Assembly: GCF_036588685.1 (NCBI RefSeq)
Contig: NC_086382.1
Coordinates: forward strand, 70,680,001-70,744,000
Length of the DNA: 64,000 bases
Direction of reading: 5' to 3'
DNA from: Mytilus trossulus
Lineage: Eukaryota
Position numbers and translations under genes: made by a program. Below the pieces are notes generated by a model, which worked only from the letters and a program-made list of their open reading frames with translations, was not told the DNA's origin and ran no database searches. Shown here one piece after another: positions 1-15,123 of the stretch. The first letter of the stretch is position 1, and each line of letters begins with the position of its first letter.

Positions 1-487
1 TGTACTAAATTTCCCACTTCCATCTTAAAGATGATCTTAATTGCAAATAATCTTTAAAAGATATCAATTTCTGTTATTCTTTCTTTATTGGGTTGCTGTT
101 TTGATAGCACCTACATCATACTTTCTACTTTATTGCACTTAAAAGAAATATGATTTGTCATTAAATAAAACAGCACCTCGATCATCCTAAGTTGAAGATG
201 TTAGGCTTTAAAAGTTTTACACAGCACTTCATATAATCAATATTTACAAGGGACACAACTCTTACAAAACTAATTGATGGGCACACTTAAGATTTTCCAA
301 CTTGTTAGAGACATTGCTGACAGAAATTAACCTATGAGATAAATATATTTGTCAAGAATTTTAAACATGAGAGCTAGTGATAACAAGACCAGATGAACAG
401 ACTCATGGATGATGCCTGATCATTTGATCTTACCCACCATGTGTCGTGCTGGGGACAATATTGGTCATCAACATGCACCCCTAAAAA

Positions 488-637
488 CATAGGCAGATCT
501 AGGGTGGGGGGGCAGGTCCCCTTTTCGTGGAAAAAATTTGGTTGATTTTATAGGGAATCACTGAGGCATGACTGGAGCAGGCCCCTCCTTAGTTCAGTCA
601 GTGCCCACCTTTATGAAAAGTTCTAAATCCCCCACTG
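488..637. mobile_element. GC-rich MITE (CAGTGGCGGATCC...GGATCCGC family)
   Basis: Inverted copy of the 1961-2099 element. Ends are CATAGGCAGATCTAG and AATCCCCCACTG, with AAAAA on both sides. Confidence 0.7.
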
Positions 638-1960
638 AAAAATGATTTTGTTTCCGTTGGCTTTGTATGCAGAAACTTCCAAACTCACAAAATCAAATAT
701 ACACAAAAATGAAAGTTTTCCTAAATTTATGAAAATTGAAACCCAAAAAATAAATGAATCCACAATATAAGAATCCTTAAACCTTAAATCTAAAAAAATT
801 AAGTAAACAATGTTATTATATCTTCAAAATTAACTAACTTTGAACATTATCTTGGGAAAGACAGTTTGTTAATCTAAACCAATCTCTTTTAGCACCTTTC
901 CCCGCCCCCCTCCTCAATAACTCTTTTGTAAACCATGTTAAAATACCACAGAAAAAAACTCACCTACCAGCCAATTTGTTTCTCTTGTATTATAGAGATG
1001 TTCCAGAGAATAAAGCCAGGTTAATTACAGGTGTAAAAACATCATTACATCCAATTGTATACAAAAAATTCTAGGTAGGAACAGAAAATCACTCAATATC
1101 CTATATCACGGAAATTTTATTACCACTAGTAATGGCTAATCATGTAATAATTGTTAGGTCACTGCACATCAAAACTCACAATTCATTGGAATTCATTCAT
1201 TTGGATTTTGGATAAAAATGAAATTCAAGCATTTATTAAAAAACAAAGTTTGAAATTAACATCGCCTGAATGAAATATGTCGTATATTAGTTACATTTAT
1301 TTGAATCATAACGGATAAATTAATGCACTAAAAGTCCCATCAAAACTTCACACAATGACTATCATCACCATAAAAGTAATATGATTAAAGAAATCTAATA
1401 AAATTTGAAATTTTAATCTCTAACTACAAGTTTTGTCCATTTATAACTCCTCCTTGAATCGATATCTGATTGATAACTAACACATACTTTATAAAGTATC
1501 ATAATATCCACGTTTTGTGATAAAAGTTCAAATTCACATGTATTCCAACTATCAGGTTAATTAATAAATGTCATTAGAACTATAAAATAACAGGGATAAG
1601 TCAGGCGATGACTATTTAATACACATCTGTACCCAGAACAATATAAATTGATTATTTATGGCAATTATAATATTTTGTTCCTCCTAATTATTCCAGTATT
1701 ACCCTATAATTGAATATATGATGTTTGGGACATAGTTCTTCTTTCCACTGGTCACATAAACTTAATGGAATTACAGTATTTGTTATAAGTTATTGGCTTT
1801 TGTTGAGAGACATGAGATAACCCAGTACTCCACAAGATATCAATACTGATAAATAATTCATTTTAAAAATTCTACCTTTACACTGAGACTATCTATCAAA
1901 CCATTTCAGGGTTATACTGGCTGACTTTTGTTACTCCAAAATATATGATGATGATCTAAA

Positions 1961-2099
1961 CAGTGGCGGATCCAGAACTTTTCCTAAGGGGGGGCCTGCT
2001 CCAGTCATGCTTCAATGATTCCCTATGTAAGCAACCAATTTTTTCCCACGAAAGGGGGGGCCCGGGCCCCCCAGCCCCCCCCCCCTGGATCCGCATATG
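1961..2099. mobile_element. GC-rich MITE with 5-bp TSD
   Basis: TIR CAGTGGCGGATCCAG ... CTGGATCCGCATATG, with CTAAA on both flanks. A third, more decayed copy is at 13133-13275. Confidence 0.75.
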
Positions 2100-4029
2100 C
2101 TAAAGGTGACCTTCATAAAATATAGGAATTGTGAATGAAGGGTTGAAATAGAACTCCTTATATGGAGTGTAAAAGATGATATATATAATGGTGTCACAAA
2201 ACGCTGCCATTTTCAAAAACAGGTTACAAGTTGGCTGAGGTTGCACTCAAGAAGCAGGTTGTTAAAAAGCTAAATATATTGAAGCACTTTTGATCTGATT
2301 CCAGAAGCAATAACATCTTACCCAAATTTACTTTCAGAACATTTCACTTTTCCATTTATTGTATTAAACACTTTCATTAACATGAATATTGAACACAGCA
2401 GAAAAAGAACTGTCCTTTAATTTACCTTAAGCTTCTAAGGTCAAAACTTCTAAAAATAAAGTGCTGCGCCATGAGCACACCTGTCATTTTTTCAAAGAAT
2501 GAAGTTCCATAACTCCTCAATGTCATATCAGAGAATTTATAGTAAAACTAAAGGTAGGTTATTTCAAAAGGTGTAAACCAACCAGTCTCCACAGCAATTT
2601 TGAGTTATTGTCGGAAAACATTCAAATCCCCCCTTTTTTATGAATAAAATCTCACAACTGGAAAATGTAAAATGTAAAATTTAAAAAAATTGAAAAGGGA
2701 GCTTAAATCAATAACTATAAAAAATACACCAAAGTTTGATGCAAATTAATTGGTTAAAGAGTTTTAGAGTTATTGTCCAATATGTTGACAGATCGACTGA
2801 GGGAGGGACAATGGACTATACCATAATACATCCGGCCAGTATTAAAGTTGATAAACTATATAGTTTTGCAGCCTCACCAGACATTGTCATGCAATGTTGA
2901 TGCTTTATTCACTCTTGATATCAAGAACAATAAATGTATATTGGTAAAACAAATCTGGTGACCTCCATTTATTTTCCTTTCATTGAAATGTCAAAACATA
3001 TTTTTGGATTTTCAATTTTATAATTCTTGATCATGTTGATAGTCCAATTGAAATTAGTTTAGACAAGTAAATAAAAATTATCAAGTGAACTGAATTTTAA
3101 GTGAATCATCCAGAACCTTAAATCTGTAGCTTAATCATTTTATGCCTAGCTATTTCATAAATTGTACTAAAATTCATTGAAGTTAAACTCTCTAGATGTT
3201 TGAAGAGTTTCCACTAATCACTAAAGATCATGTCATGCTTCAATTGTTTGTCTGTATACAATCAATTGCTTCAGGAACCCTATAATCTTGTCATCTTTAT
3301 ATTTATATTAATCATGATTGATATATTTATGACTGACATAAGTGAAAAAAGTACAAAATACAACACATGATTTAATATTACTATAAACAGCAATTTAAAA
3401 GTGACACAGTATTTTAGGAGAAAAGTCACAGTTTGTTAGTTATAAAGATCAATATAAATGTGAAATAAACTTTGACGTCTTTGTTTTCAGATAAATATTT
3501 ACCTTTAAGTTAAAAAATCCAATGTTAAAATCAAAACAGTCAAGATTAAATCTTCTTGACTGACTAATACTTTAGTGAATCGTGTTACATAAATGTGTAG
3601 TATTTGTTTTGGGAGGACTAACAACGATATAGAACACAAATACAAATTCATAGGGTTAAAATATCTTAATTGCGTGTTCTCATATGATAAGGGTGTTGAT
3701 ACACTTATGTTTTAAATGGGTGTACCTGAAATCCAAGATTCGCCAATTAAGATTTCACCTTCAATCAGATAAATATGTGATATCTATTGTGTAACTTTAT
3801 GATACAGTATAAACAGCCTCATTTTTAGGCCCTTTATATAATTATAGTGCTTGCTGTTTGGTGTGAGCCAAGGCTCTGTGTTGAAGGCCTTAGTTTGACA
3901 TATATATTTGTTTACTTTTTATACATAATGTGACTTGGATGGAGAGTTGTCTTATCGACACTCATACCACATCTTCTTACTTATTTCTCATAATTTCAGT
4001 GAAGAAGTTGTGTTTTACTGTTACTGTAA

Positions 4030-4310
4030 TAGTTATTATCGCTATTTTGTGCATTTTTCCTTTGGTCTTTTTTTGTGATAATTTTCATATCATGCTTCAC
4101 GCTTGATATGGAAAAATTATCGCCAGAAACTAAGGAAACCACGTGGTGTTGCTAACGAAATTGACATTGAAATTGACAACGTCGTCATAGGTAAAATAGC
4201 GATAAACAGATTATCATTGGTCATCTCAACTCGATTGCTTTTCTCACTTTCGCTGTTCCAGCTCAAGTGAGAAAATCAATCTTGTTGAGATAATCAACGA
4301 TAATCTATAA
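4030..4310. mobile_element. Element ending in a ~100-nt imperfect hairpin
   Basis: AGATTATCATTGGTCATCTCAAC...TTTTCTCACTT pairs with AAGTGAGAAAA...GTTGAGATAATCAACGATAATCT (4209-4306). Richer in CpG than its flanks. Confidence 0.55.
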
Positions 4311-5857
4311 TTATTGTTAGTTATTATGACACCAACATCACAGATACTTCCTTGAATTAATTCAACAAAGGCAATTGGCCCCTGTCTCAAAACGTTTTTT
4401 TATAAACTGAATAATCAGCAGCCACTATATATATGTGACAGTTCAAGTTTATTCAAACCCTTTCAGATCACCTGATATAACAGCCATGTTTTAGCATCAT
4501 ATTGGATTATATAAATCCCATTCTGATTGAGTGACATTCCATCGCTAGAACAGCACTTACTAGTTTATACAGCAAAAAGCAAAATTTGCATATATATGTA
4601 TAAACAAGTCTAAATTGAAAATAAGGTTCAAATGTATGATCGTGTTGGATAAAAACATATATATATATATATATCAGTTAATGAATAATAGTGCCATTTC
4701 ATATGATGCTGAGTTATATAACTGCTGTACTGTTAATTAGGAAATTATTGCCCATATTTATTGCGAAAAAATTGGGACAGGGTTGTATAATGGCATTAAC
4801 TTACTGACATTTTGTTTTTTTGATATCTCATTAATGAGGGAGATTTTTCTTAGTATTGCAAAAATAATAATGACATTTTAGTGTAAAATTACACAATTGC
4901 AAAAAAAACCTGAATTTACAGTATTCAATGTCAAATAATACAAATTATTTTTGGATCTATGCACTTTTAGAACAAAAAGAGTTGTCTACACTTAAATATA
5001 CCAATACATCATGTTTTAAGTTAAAATAAAGCTGCTACTTTTTCTATTAATTTTTAGTTTTTTAAGAATTAAAGATTTGGGATCTTTGACAAACTGTTTA
5101 GGTTACACTCACAATGAGATCCCCCTCTTCATTGTAGAAAATCATCAGCTAAGCTTTCGATACATTTCTGTATACTAAAAGAAGCATGAAATTCATTCGA
5201 TTTCTATATATGTTTCCTTTTTCAAAACTTTTTTAAATACATATATGTAAATAAATGCATATTTGTAAAAGATATTGAAAGACCATCTATGTATTATATT
5301 ATTAGCTTACATTGACCTCATGGGGACTTTTTTCAATCATTTACTGTAACCAAACAAAAAAACATTATGCCTGAACTTAGTTTGACTTACCACTTGTGTG
5401 TTTGGGAATCATGATGAACACTTCAGTATAGAAGACTCAGAAAAATATGTCTTGTTTAACTTTGTCACATCCAATGGTCTACAATATAATAAACACAGTT
5501 GTTTAAAATATAATAAATATACCTGGTACTGGTAAAAAAAAATAACAGTATAATGCTATAAAATAACCTGTAACTCGAATTTTATTTGTGTTAACTAATT
5601 TGAATTAGTTTAATTCACATTCAAATTATTATACATCCGAACCTAATTTCTAATTGCAATGCTCATCAAATTGACATTATTGTTTGAACAGCATAACTTT
5701 TAATTCAAATATCAATCAATTAATTATAATTTAATTTGAATTACAATTTAAAGTGTCCACAACACAGTTAAATTAGTGAATTTACCCATTTGTATCAACA
5801 AAAATACATTTACAATGCGATTTAGTCAGTTCAAATTTGATTTGAATTAAAAAAGAT

Positions 5858-6710
5858 TGTAAGGGTTCTGCAGAACCCAGTGTCTCGCCTAATTTTGCTG
5901 AAAATCACAGGCTCAACAAAAATGAGTGAAAAAAAATAAAATCTTCTTCTTGATACTATCTTTTGATAATTGTCACAAGAAGCTTCTGTCCAAGTTTGGT
6001 AAAAATCCAGGATAGTTTATGAATCTAACTAATGCAGTCTGTATGTAATGTTAACTAGAAGAAAAACTAAGTCCATTTATAAATAATACAGATACCTAGG
6101 TACAAAATATTAACAAAATTTTCTTCTAGATACTAGCTTTTGATCATAAACAATCTTCTATCTAAGTTTGGTACAAATTAAAAGTAGTATAAGAAAGTTA
6201 TTATTTTTTTTTTAATTTAACCACAGAGTGAATGTGTTGTTTCTTGGAAGAAAATCTAAGTCCATTTAAAATTAAGTAAAATACGGAAAAAAAAGGATTT
6301 ATTTTTTTACAAAATTTACTTCTTTATATTATCTTTTGATCATAAACAAGCATCTGTCCATGTTTGGTACAAACTCAGGATAGTTTAAGAAAGTTATTAA
6401 AATTTTAAAAACTTTAACCAGAGTCAATGTAATGTTTCCCCACAGAAAAACTAAGCCCATTTATAAGTAAAATACGGAAACAATGGAATTTTATTTTTAC
6501 AAAATTAACTTCTGAAAACTATCTTGTGAATATAAACAAGCTTGATCTGTCAAGGTTTGGAAGTAATCCAGTATAGTTTAAGAAAGTTATTATAATTTCA
6601 AAAACTTTAACCACAGAGTGAACATTTGTGGGCGCCGCCGCCGCGGACAACGACGGAATGTAGGATTGCTTAGTCTCGCTTCGTCGACAAAAGTCAAAGG
6701 CTCGACAAAA
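5858..6710. mobile_element. Helentron/HINE-like non-autonomous element nested in an older MITE
   Basis: About four 170-195-bp core repeats (AAGTTTGGT motif near 5990, 6163, 6360, 6555), a GCC/GAC microsatellite, GTCTCGC near both ends and a terminal hairpin. The flanks (5570-5855, 6711-6790) match the 42415-42696 element. Confidence 0.7.
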
Positions 6711-8732
6711 AAAGGAGAAGTGTGTGAACTTGATTATAGCTAATACGATTCCCATTCGATTCAAACTCAATTTGAATTTGATGTAAGTGTTGAAGAGGCA
6801 AAAATACCAATTATAAATGTACACGCAAAGTGGAAAGGGATTAATATAAGTTGCAAAACTTGTTTCCCAATCCACTATAAACAAATATGTTTAAACTAAA
6901 TGTACATGTACAGTAAGTATTTTGTTATATCTAATGAATGTTGTTCCTTTTTTTATTATTGTTTTCGTCTTTGAATCCTGCCTGCAGTATATTTTTGGCT
7001 GTTGTTTAGGTCTTAAAGAAATTAACTTTATGTATTTCAGGGTCTTTTATAGCAGACTATGTGGTATGGGCATTTCCTCATTGTTGAAGCTGTACAGTTA
7101 TCTAAAGCTGTTAATTTCTTAAGTCATTTGGTCTCTTATGAAGAATTGTTTCATTGGCAGTCATACCACATCTTCTATTTTCTATTTTTTTGGATCATAG
7201 TCATAGCTTTCTGATAAACAACCGTCCAAGTTAAGGGCAAATTTATATAGGTAGAATAATAATCATCAAAAGTGAAAGTAGAACAGGGAGTTGTTAGATC
7301 CAATATAAACAAGGTGTGGATACAGGAGAGGAATTTATTACAATCAGATTGAAGAATACACATTAAAGTTACTAATGCTTAGGCAAATAATATAACTTAC
7401 ATCATAACTTATTTATCATTTTAAAATTATATTTTAAAGCTTTTAAAATTCAAGTTCATTACTTAGGCCGATCGTACAATATTTCGTGACCTGAAATTTT
7501 GTTTTGTATTTTGTATTTAAATTCAATGTGTGCATTACTACTGTAAATATAATATTTTATGTTTTTAAACCTCAGGCTATTGGAGTTTTACTTGTAGAAA
7601 GGGAAAAATAATGGTATATATCCATTACAACTTTATGATTTAAAAAAAAAAGATTTCATTGAAAGATTGAATCTGGTCTCCATAACAATAATATAAATGT
7701 TACATACATGTTTGTTGTACAGGCAAAATATCTCTTTCAAAATCACAGAAAAAATAAATCCATAGAAAAAGTAAGAGATAACTAGATGACAGTTCCTACA
7801 TTGAAAACATTTCTCCAGTATATCATAACATAGGAGAAATAACTTCACTTTAAATATTTGAAAAATCTTGTTTAAATTCTTTAATCATATTATCTTACAG
7901 ATAAATATAGACTGATCTGTACGAAAACAATACATTGATTTTTAAAAAGTATTATATCATTCAAATAAGTCTAACATTTAAATTTTTGCTGATTGTTTGC
8001 TGTTCAGAATATTAGAAAGAGTCAAATTAGCTAGAAGGTTAGTCTATTCAACCATTCTGTTCACACCTTTTAAATCTTCCTGTGTCATAGCTCAACAAAA
8101 GTTAGATATTGTATCTATCACAATCTATTAACTTGTCTACCAGGTAATGGGATTTACCTCATATATCTAAAACCAAATAATTGACCATTGGTTTCTCCAA
8201 ATAGGTAAAATTAAGAGCACATTTCTTTCTTAAACAAACGGTGCAAACAGTTGAGCACACTTATGTTTTGATCATTAGTTTGCAAAGTTTATGCAAACTT
8301 CGACATACTATGCACTCGCTTGAAATGCATCTGCAGTTTGTTGTTTGTAAGTGCAAATGCTACATTTGTTTCTAACTTCAACGTGATTGAAAGAAGTATT
8401 TGTTTCTTCCTTTTTTGTTAACCAACAACATGTGCATGCATTATTGAAAGTACAAACAGGGTCAGTAAAGACTTATTAAACGATGTATTTGTTTCTACTT
8501 TTGTAGCGTTTAGAAAACAACAACAAACGCGACACTTTGTTTACAAAATTTTGATTAGAAAGAAATGTGGCCTGAATATCAATGTACTTTTACACTTTTG
8601 AAGTATGTTTAATAAAAACTCAGGGAACAGTTGCATATTGACACATCACAACCATTACTTTCAATGCATATTTAAGTTGGGTTCATGGTTTCAATCTTTG
8701 GTTTTATGAAATGTTTTGTGGGCTGTGTTTAT

Positions 8733-9055
8733 TCAGTCCAGAAAGGACAAATGAATACATTGTCAGTCCAGAAAGGAAAAATGAATACATTAATGTCAGT
8801 ACAGATAGGACATATGAAGACAATGTCAGTCCATATAGGACAAATGGATACAATGTCAATCCATATAGGACAAATGAATACAATGTCAGTCCATATAGGA
8901 CAAATGAATACAATGTCAGTCCATATAGGACAAATGAATACAATTTCAGTCCATATAGGACAAATGAATACATTGTCAGTCCAGAAAGGACATATGTTTA
9001 CAATGTCAGTCCAGAAAGGACATATATGTTTACAATGTCAGTCATTTAGATAGGA
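8733..9055. repeat. 30-bp minisatellite, ~10 copies
   Basis: Unit CAATGTCAGTCCATATAGGACAAATGAATA. Confidence 0.95.
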
Positions 9056-12000
9056 CATGTGTATATAATCATGTCAATCAAGTTTACTAGTCCAATTTAT
9101 AATTTCTGTAAAGTACAAAAATCATTCAAAATAATGTATAATGTATAATGTATAATGTAAATTACACCTACCCCATATAATAGCTCACTGTTTTCCTTTT
9201 GATTGATTATATAAAACTTCTGTTTTTACCTGTTAGACATTGAAAGATTTTTAAAACTGATTTTAACCGGCTGTTTTTTAAATCTTGAGTGAGTCCATAA
9301 AACTACTAATTGAGTTGGAGAATAGATATCCCTTTGAGACATAAAAGTGTTGCAAGGAATAAAATTCTACGCAGAGTGATAATTATTCTCCTTTTTGGTC
9401 TTCATCTAATTATAAACTCCTGATAGCTGTCTTCATAAAACTCAACTTTTTAAAAGTTAATCATATTCCTGTTGGAACTAATATTCAAAATGTAACAACC
9501 ATTGGGTTGAAACGGCAATATAATAATTGTCAAGTAAATGAATAAATAATCATTTTCTTATACTTTTGTACTAATATACTTTTGAAGAGCTTCTGCAATA
9601 CAATAAAAGCCATATAAAATACATAATAATATGCTCATAAACAGAAATCTTCTATATTTAATAAAGTGCACCTTTACATAAGATAGTTAGCTGTCGCCAT
9701 TTGTCAGACTTTGATCCTTTAATATTGACAGATTTTTATAACTTAACTCATATTTAAAGTAATACAAAAATTGAGGTGTCACAAATGACATTTATGAACT
9801 TGATCATTTTTATTCTGTATTTTTTTTTATTTAAATCATTAATGAAGGTCAAGGTAGTCCTATTTTAGAGTGGACCTTTGTCTCTGAACTTGTTACACCA
9901 ACTGATTATTTAAAGATATTTTCCTTTATGATTATTTGTAGCCAAGATCTTGACGTTTTTGCAAAACTTGATAAAAGCTATATGTACCTTAACCTTAAAA
10001 AAATGTCAAGGTCAACTTTAAAATGCATCTTACAGTAACATAATGTCAAGGTCGACTTCAAAATGTATCTTACAGTAACAGAATGTCAAGGTCAAAATAT
10101 ATTATAATGCACAAACTGACAACAGATAATTTCCTTTTGATGCCAGTGCATGAAAAAAACTGTTTGAGACAGATGGTTAAAAAGAGGAATGTGAGAGACC
10201 AGAAATAATATATATGTGACTGTATGTTCAAGAGACTTGTTTGTTTTTGATTGATCACTATGCAAATATTAGTGATAGGGTTTCATTTAATACAAATGCT
10301 GATCTTTTATTGGCTGAAAGGGGTAATATATGATTCTTCCATATGAAAAGGGCCACTAAATTTGTACTACCTTAAGAAAATGACTAAAGCAGTCCATGCC
10401 ATACAATAGAAACCCAAGTCGTATGAACATGATGAAAGCAACCACAGTCTATAAAATAATTAGATCTGCATACCTTATCAATCAACATTATTTGGTAGTC
10501 TCTGTTTGTTAACTTCATGAGAGTTAGAAGTTTATTTTGACAACAAATTAGCTGTACGTCTTTATTATACATATTTATTTTCATATTTTTTATGGAGGGG
10601 GCCTGCGTCTTTCAGTTGATGTAAAAAATGTATCATAACTGATTTCACTTGGAATGATAATATACCTTTCATTTTTGTGGACAATTGCTGCTGATTGATT
10701 TGCGTTTAAAGCTTAACTTTTTAATTTCAATATAGAAAGGAAAAGAAATATATAATCTGTAAGTCAAAAAAAACATTGCTTACATTTTTATTTATTCATA
10801 TTTAATGTTGCTACAATAATTATCAATTTTATAATTTAATAAAATACAGCACTGTTACTTTAGTACTTTTGAAATACAATCTGAATGTTGAACCATGTAG
10901 AAGCTAGAAGCCTTTGGATATTAATATATTTATAAACTGTCAACTGACTTTATATAAACTCAGAAATATGCATTCCAGTGGTCAACAGAATCTAAATGGC
11001 TTTATGTCTGAAGTATTGTGTGATAAGCATGGACAAAACTTACAGGGATTACTGTTATAGATCTGCTTTCCCAACTGATCAATGTGGATAAATGAATTCA
11101 ATGACTAGTATTTGTACTACTTAAGTATATACAAATCCTTGACCAATTCAATGGAAACAAAACAGTCAACATTAAGATATACCTTTAGATTACCAATGAC
11201 CAGGTCCCTATGTTGGGAATATGTATACTAACAGTTTAATTGCTTAGACAAGCACTGAACCTATACTGAATTCTTCTTTGTCGATGAGTCAAGAAAGACA
11301 ATCCTCTTAACTCTTTGGGCCACATCAGAACAGAAATTGATTTTAGTTAAGTATGAGTTTCTTGGTTTATGGTGTTACTGTAAAGGTATTGATATTTTTT
11401 AACATACAGGTACACCTGTAAATAATGTACATATTACTTACCTAAATGAATCCCATTAGAAGTGACCCTTAGAAAGAGTGAACATACCAGAAAGGTACCA
11501 GGTATTGAATGTATATAGTGCATGTACTAAAACAGTCTTCAATTTAAATATTCCTCTGATATGTGTATGAACTTTTCTTTAATACTAATTCTACTTGATT
11601 TGTGATGTCCAGAACCATTTGTATATGTGTACACTGTTTTAAAGTAGCCTCAGGGTTTCAGGTAAATATTCATGTATGTATGTGTGAATTTTGTTGCAGG
11701 CATGGCCATGGACACTTAATTGACCACCTGGCAAACATATTATGCAACATCTAAAATTTGTTTTATAAAAAAAAATATTTTGACAAGATTTGAATTGATC
11801 AGAACCATGGACTTATAGAACAGAGACATATATACACAGTATATGTCTCTGGTCAGAACAGTAACTACGGACGCCTTCGACATTTACTTCATACTTGTTT
11901 ATCCAACAATTTACTGGAGAAAACGTTTTAACTTCATTTATTATTCACCATCTGTTTTGTTGTTGGCAACTATGGGACTGGTTGTCATTCTACACTGTTT

Positions 12001-14388
12001 TTAACAGGGCTGAGTTTCTTAACTGATTAATCTTTCTTTGCTGTTTCGCTAAATATTTTAATGTAAAAGTCCGATAGTACCCGGGTATTTTCCCGGGGAA
12101 AATTTAGGCACAGACTATTACGACAGTAATATCCTGACAGGTAATAGCTTTTCTGAAAAGCTTGCCATATTTTAGCTTCTTATGTTGAGATCGGTGGTTT
12201 GTGTTTATATATTTTTTTTATTATTGGAATCTTGCACTTTAAGCCCTAAGAATATATAGTGTCTTTTTTCTCCTGGTTTTTGGTTTTAGTTGTAGTAGAT
12301 CAGGGTTATCATGGAAGGAGGAGTACAACTTGGTATGATATATATGAAATACAATATATTACAATTTTTAGCAGTCAATTAACTTGTATATTCATACTGA
12401 CCAGCCTTTAGAGGCTTATGATGCTCTGCCATTTATGTACTGACGAAAAATTATAGGAATACATTTCATATCCTATAATCCTTATCATATCCATTAATCC
12501 TTATCATATCTGAGGCTTAACTTGATTCGTATTAGATACAATTAAGTTTCAATATATCAGTTATGTTAAATAATTAAATGAGAAAATAAGAAAGAAAGTA
12601 ACCTAATAATGTTTGTCTTATTATTTCTCTCTGCAGAAAAGGCAGGACACTGAATCAGAAAATGCATCTCGTCCTCAACAGCTCGATTATTGCATGCTTT
12701 ACAGAGTCTTTCTGATATAGTTTTTTTTTGTCAGTAGCGACCTACTTCTATTTCTACAGGAAATGTACCACTTCTAAGCTTTTGAAATGATAGATCGTTG
12801 CTTTGATGACATGGTTTAATTAATAATTAGTTCTTGACAGTAATGTTCTTCAATGTTGATATATGTCCTAAGTTTCGGAATCCCGCTCACATTGGTTTTC
12901 AATTTCTTTGAATATATATATATGGTTTATAATAGCTAGAGTAACGGGATCAACACTGTATTCCTTTGTTTTGTGGAATATGATTCATTTTGTTTACTCT
13001 ATATGACAGTGCTAGTAGTTTTAACATGCATACTATGTCTTGACAGTTATGTTATAGTTTTCAAGGTTATAAATCAAGTTGATAAGAAAAACGTTATATT
13101 TACTTTGAGGATTACTGCTGGACAAAATGGACTAGTGGCAGATCTAGAATTTTCCATAAGAGGGGACCCGCTCCAGTCATGCTTTAATGATTCACTATAT
13201 GTATAATGCATGATTAATCAAATTTTTCCCACAAAAAGGGGGGGTCCACTGGAAAACTATCTAAATCCGCCTCTGACTACTAAAGTTGGCCGTATAAATA
13301 TGAGAATATTACATCATATATGTGTAGAAGTGATTAAGATATTAGCTGGCTTTTGTCTTAAGAAGAAGCAGTTAAATTTGACTGAGTACGTACAGGTTGT
13401 TGTTATGGTAGTAATATTGTAAATAGATGGTTTGTGCCAATAGATTTGGAATGAAATAGTAATTGGAAATAATGTTCTAGAACATGTTGTCAGCTGGTTT
13501 CTTATATTGTTTAATATTTTGTTGTGGTTTGTAATCTTGACATGCATGGTAAGTTCTATAGATGAGAGCTTCATATTGGTATTAGCATTTAGTGCTTTAT
13601 ATTTGGTTGCATGTGAAAGCATACGCGTTTGTTAGTTGGAGTAGTTATATTTTCATTTTGATGGCAACCAGTTCATGCAATGCATAAAGTCAGGATTAAT
13701 ATTAGTAAGCGATAGTTCTTTTATTTGTTTATTTTCATTGTCATGATTAATATGGACTATATAGATTGCTGTTTGATGTGAACCAAGGGCGTAGGCTTCA
13801 TGCTTTCCCCGTGTACATATTTACATGTACTGTCCTTGCCTTATAGTGTGTAAACGTGTGTAAAGTTTCATGTATCATGTGATGTTCCTTTTTGGATACT
13901 TTTAAGTTGTTAGTTTTAAAACATATTTTATTGTTCAAAATGACAAAAGAATCAGACACAAGTTTTACCACTTAGTAACGTCTTCTCCAAATATGTTAAT
14001 TATACAAGACGTATGCATCCTATGGGAGAGTTTACCATGCGTATCGAATCTTCCTATATCTATTATGTGTGAGTTTGTAATTACTATAAACAAAGGAATC
14101 CCATGGCCAACCACGACCTAAACCGTCTTGAGTAAATACATGTAGTTCAGAGTCCAATGAGGAAACTGGTCAATATGAAAGATCCCTCCTATTGGATTCA
14201 GTCAGTGTCCAGACCAATATGGACTGATTTCTGTGAAGCAAACAAGCCTCAGCTGTTATCCAACACCACAACTGTAATTATTCAGTACCCCATAGCCCCG
14301 TATGCATACGTCTTGTGTTATTATTATATTTGGATTAATAATATATTCAACTAAATACCCAAACTAGACTAGAGAATTCTCCATCTGA

Positions 14389-14991
14389 GTGAAGTTATTG
14401 AAAAGTGCGTATGCTGAGTTAAAAAGGACTGAGAGTAAAGCTCAATCTAGCTCCAATAATTCATGGCTCTCTAATATCATTTTCTACAGTGAAAAATTGG
14501 ATATTGACCTTAATATATGTCAAAATTTAGGCAAAAATAAATTACAAAATTTACTGAAAAAACAGCTCAAATCAAATTTTCAAAATGATTGGGAGAAAAT
14601 GCAAAATTTGTATTTACAGAATCAAGGCAAATTGGACACTTATTTTTCATTCAAAATGTCATTTGACTATGAAAATTATTTAGATTTAAAGCACCCACAA
14701 AAACATTTGTTAACGAAATACAGACTCAACAATCACTGTTTAAGAATAGAAACTGGCAGACATGAACGAATTACCAATGTACATGTATATGGTAAACATG
14801 AAATTTTACCTCGACATGAGAGAATATGTTTATATTGTTATTCAAATTGTATTGAAAACGAAATGCACTTTCTTCTGGAATACCCTCTTTACAATAACCC
14901 CAGAAGAGATATGACTAATTATATAAAAAAAATATACCACAGTTTAGATAATTCAAACAGATGTTTTTTTTTCATGGATCATGATTTATGA
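14389..14991 (+). mobile_element. 3' fragment of a non-LTR retrotransposon ORF2
   Basis: C-terminal motif LRIETGRH...RHERICLYC...IENEMHFLL, the same motif type as in the 17700-18821 ORF. No RT core. Confidence 0.85.
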
Positions 14992-15123
14992 GGATAGCAG
15001 ATTTTTATCTATTTTATGTGCATACCTTGATAAAGACCTGCAACTTAAAAAATCAGAAAATTAGTTAACTTAAATACTCTAAAAGATATCAAAATTAGCT
15101 CCCCTTGACCACTGATCTTTCCT

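Noticed and set aside
8685-9053. ORFs of 89-122 aa on both strands
   Set aside because: They are products of the 30-bp minisatellite.
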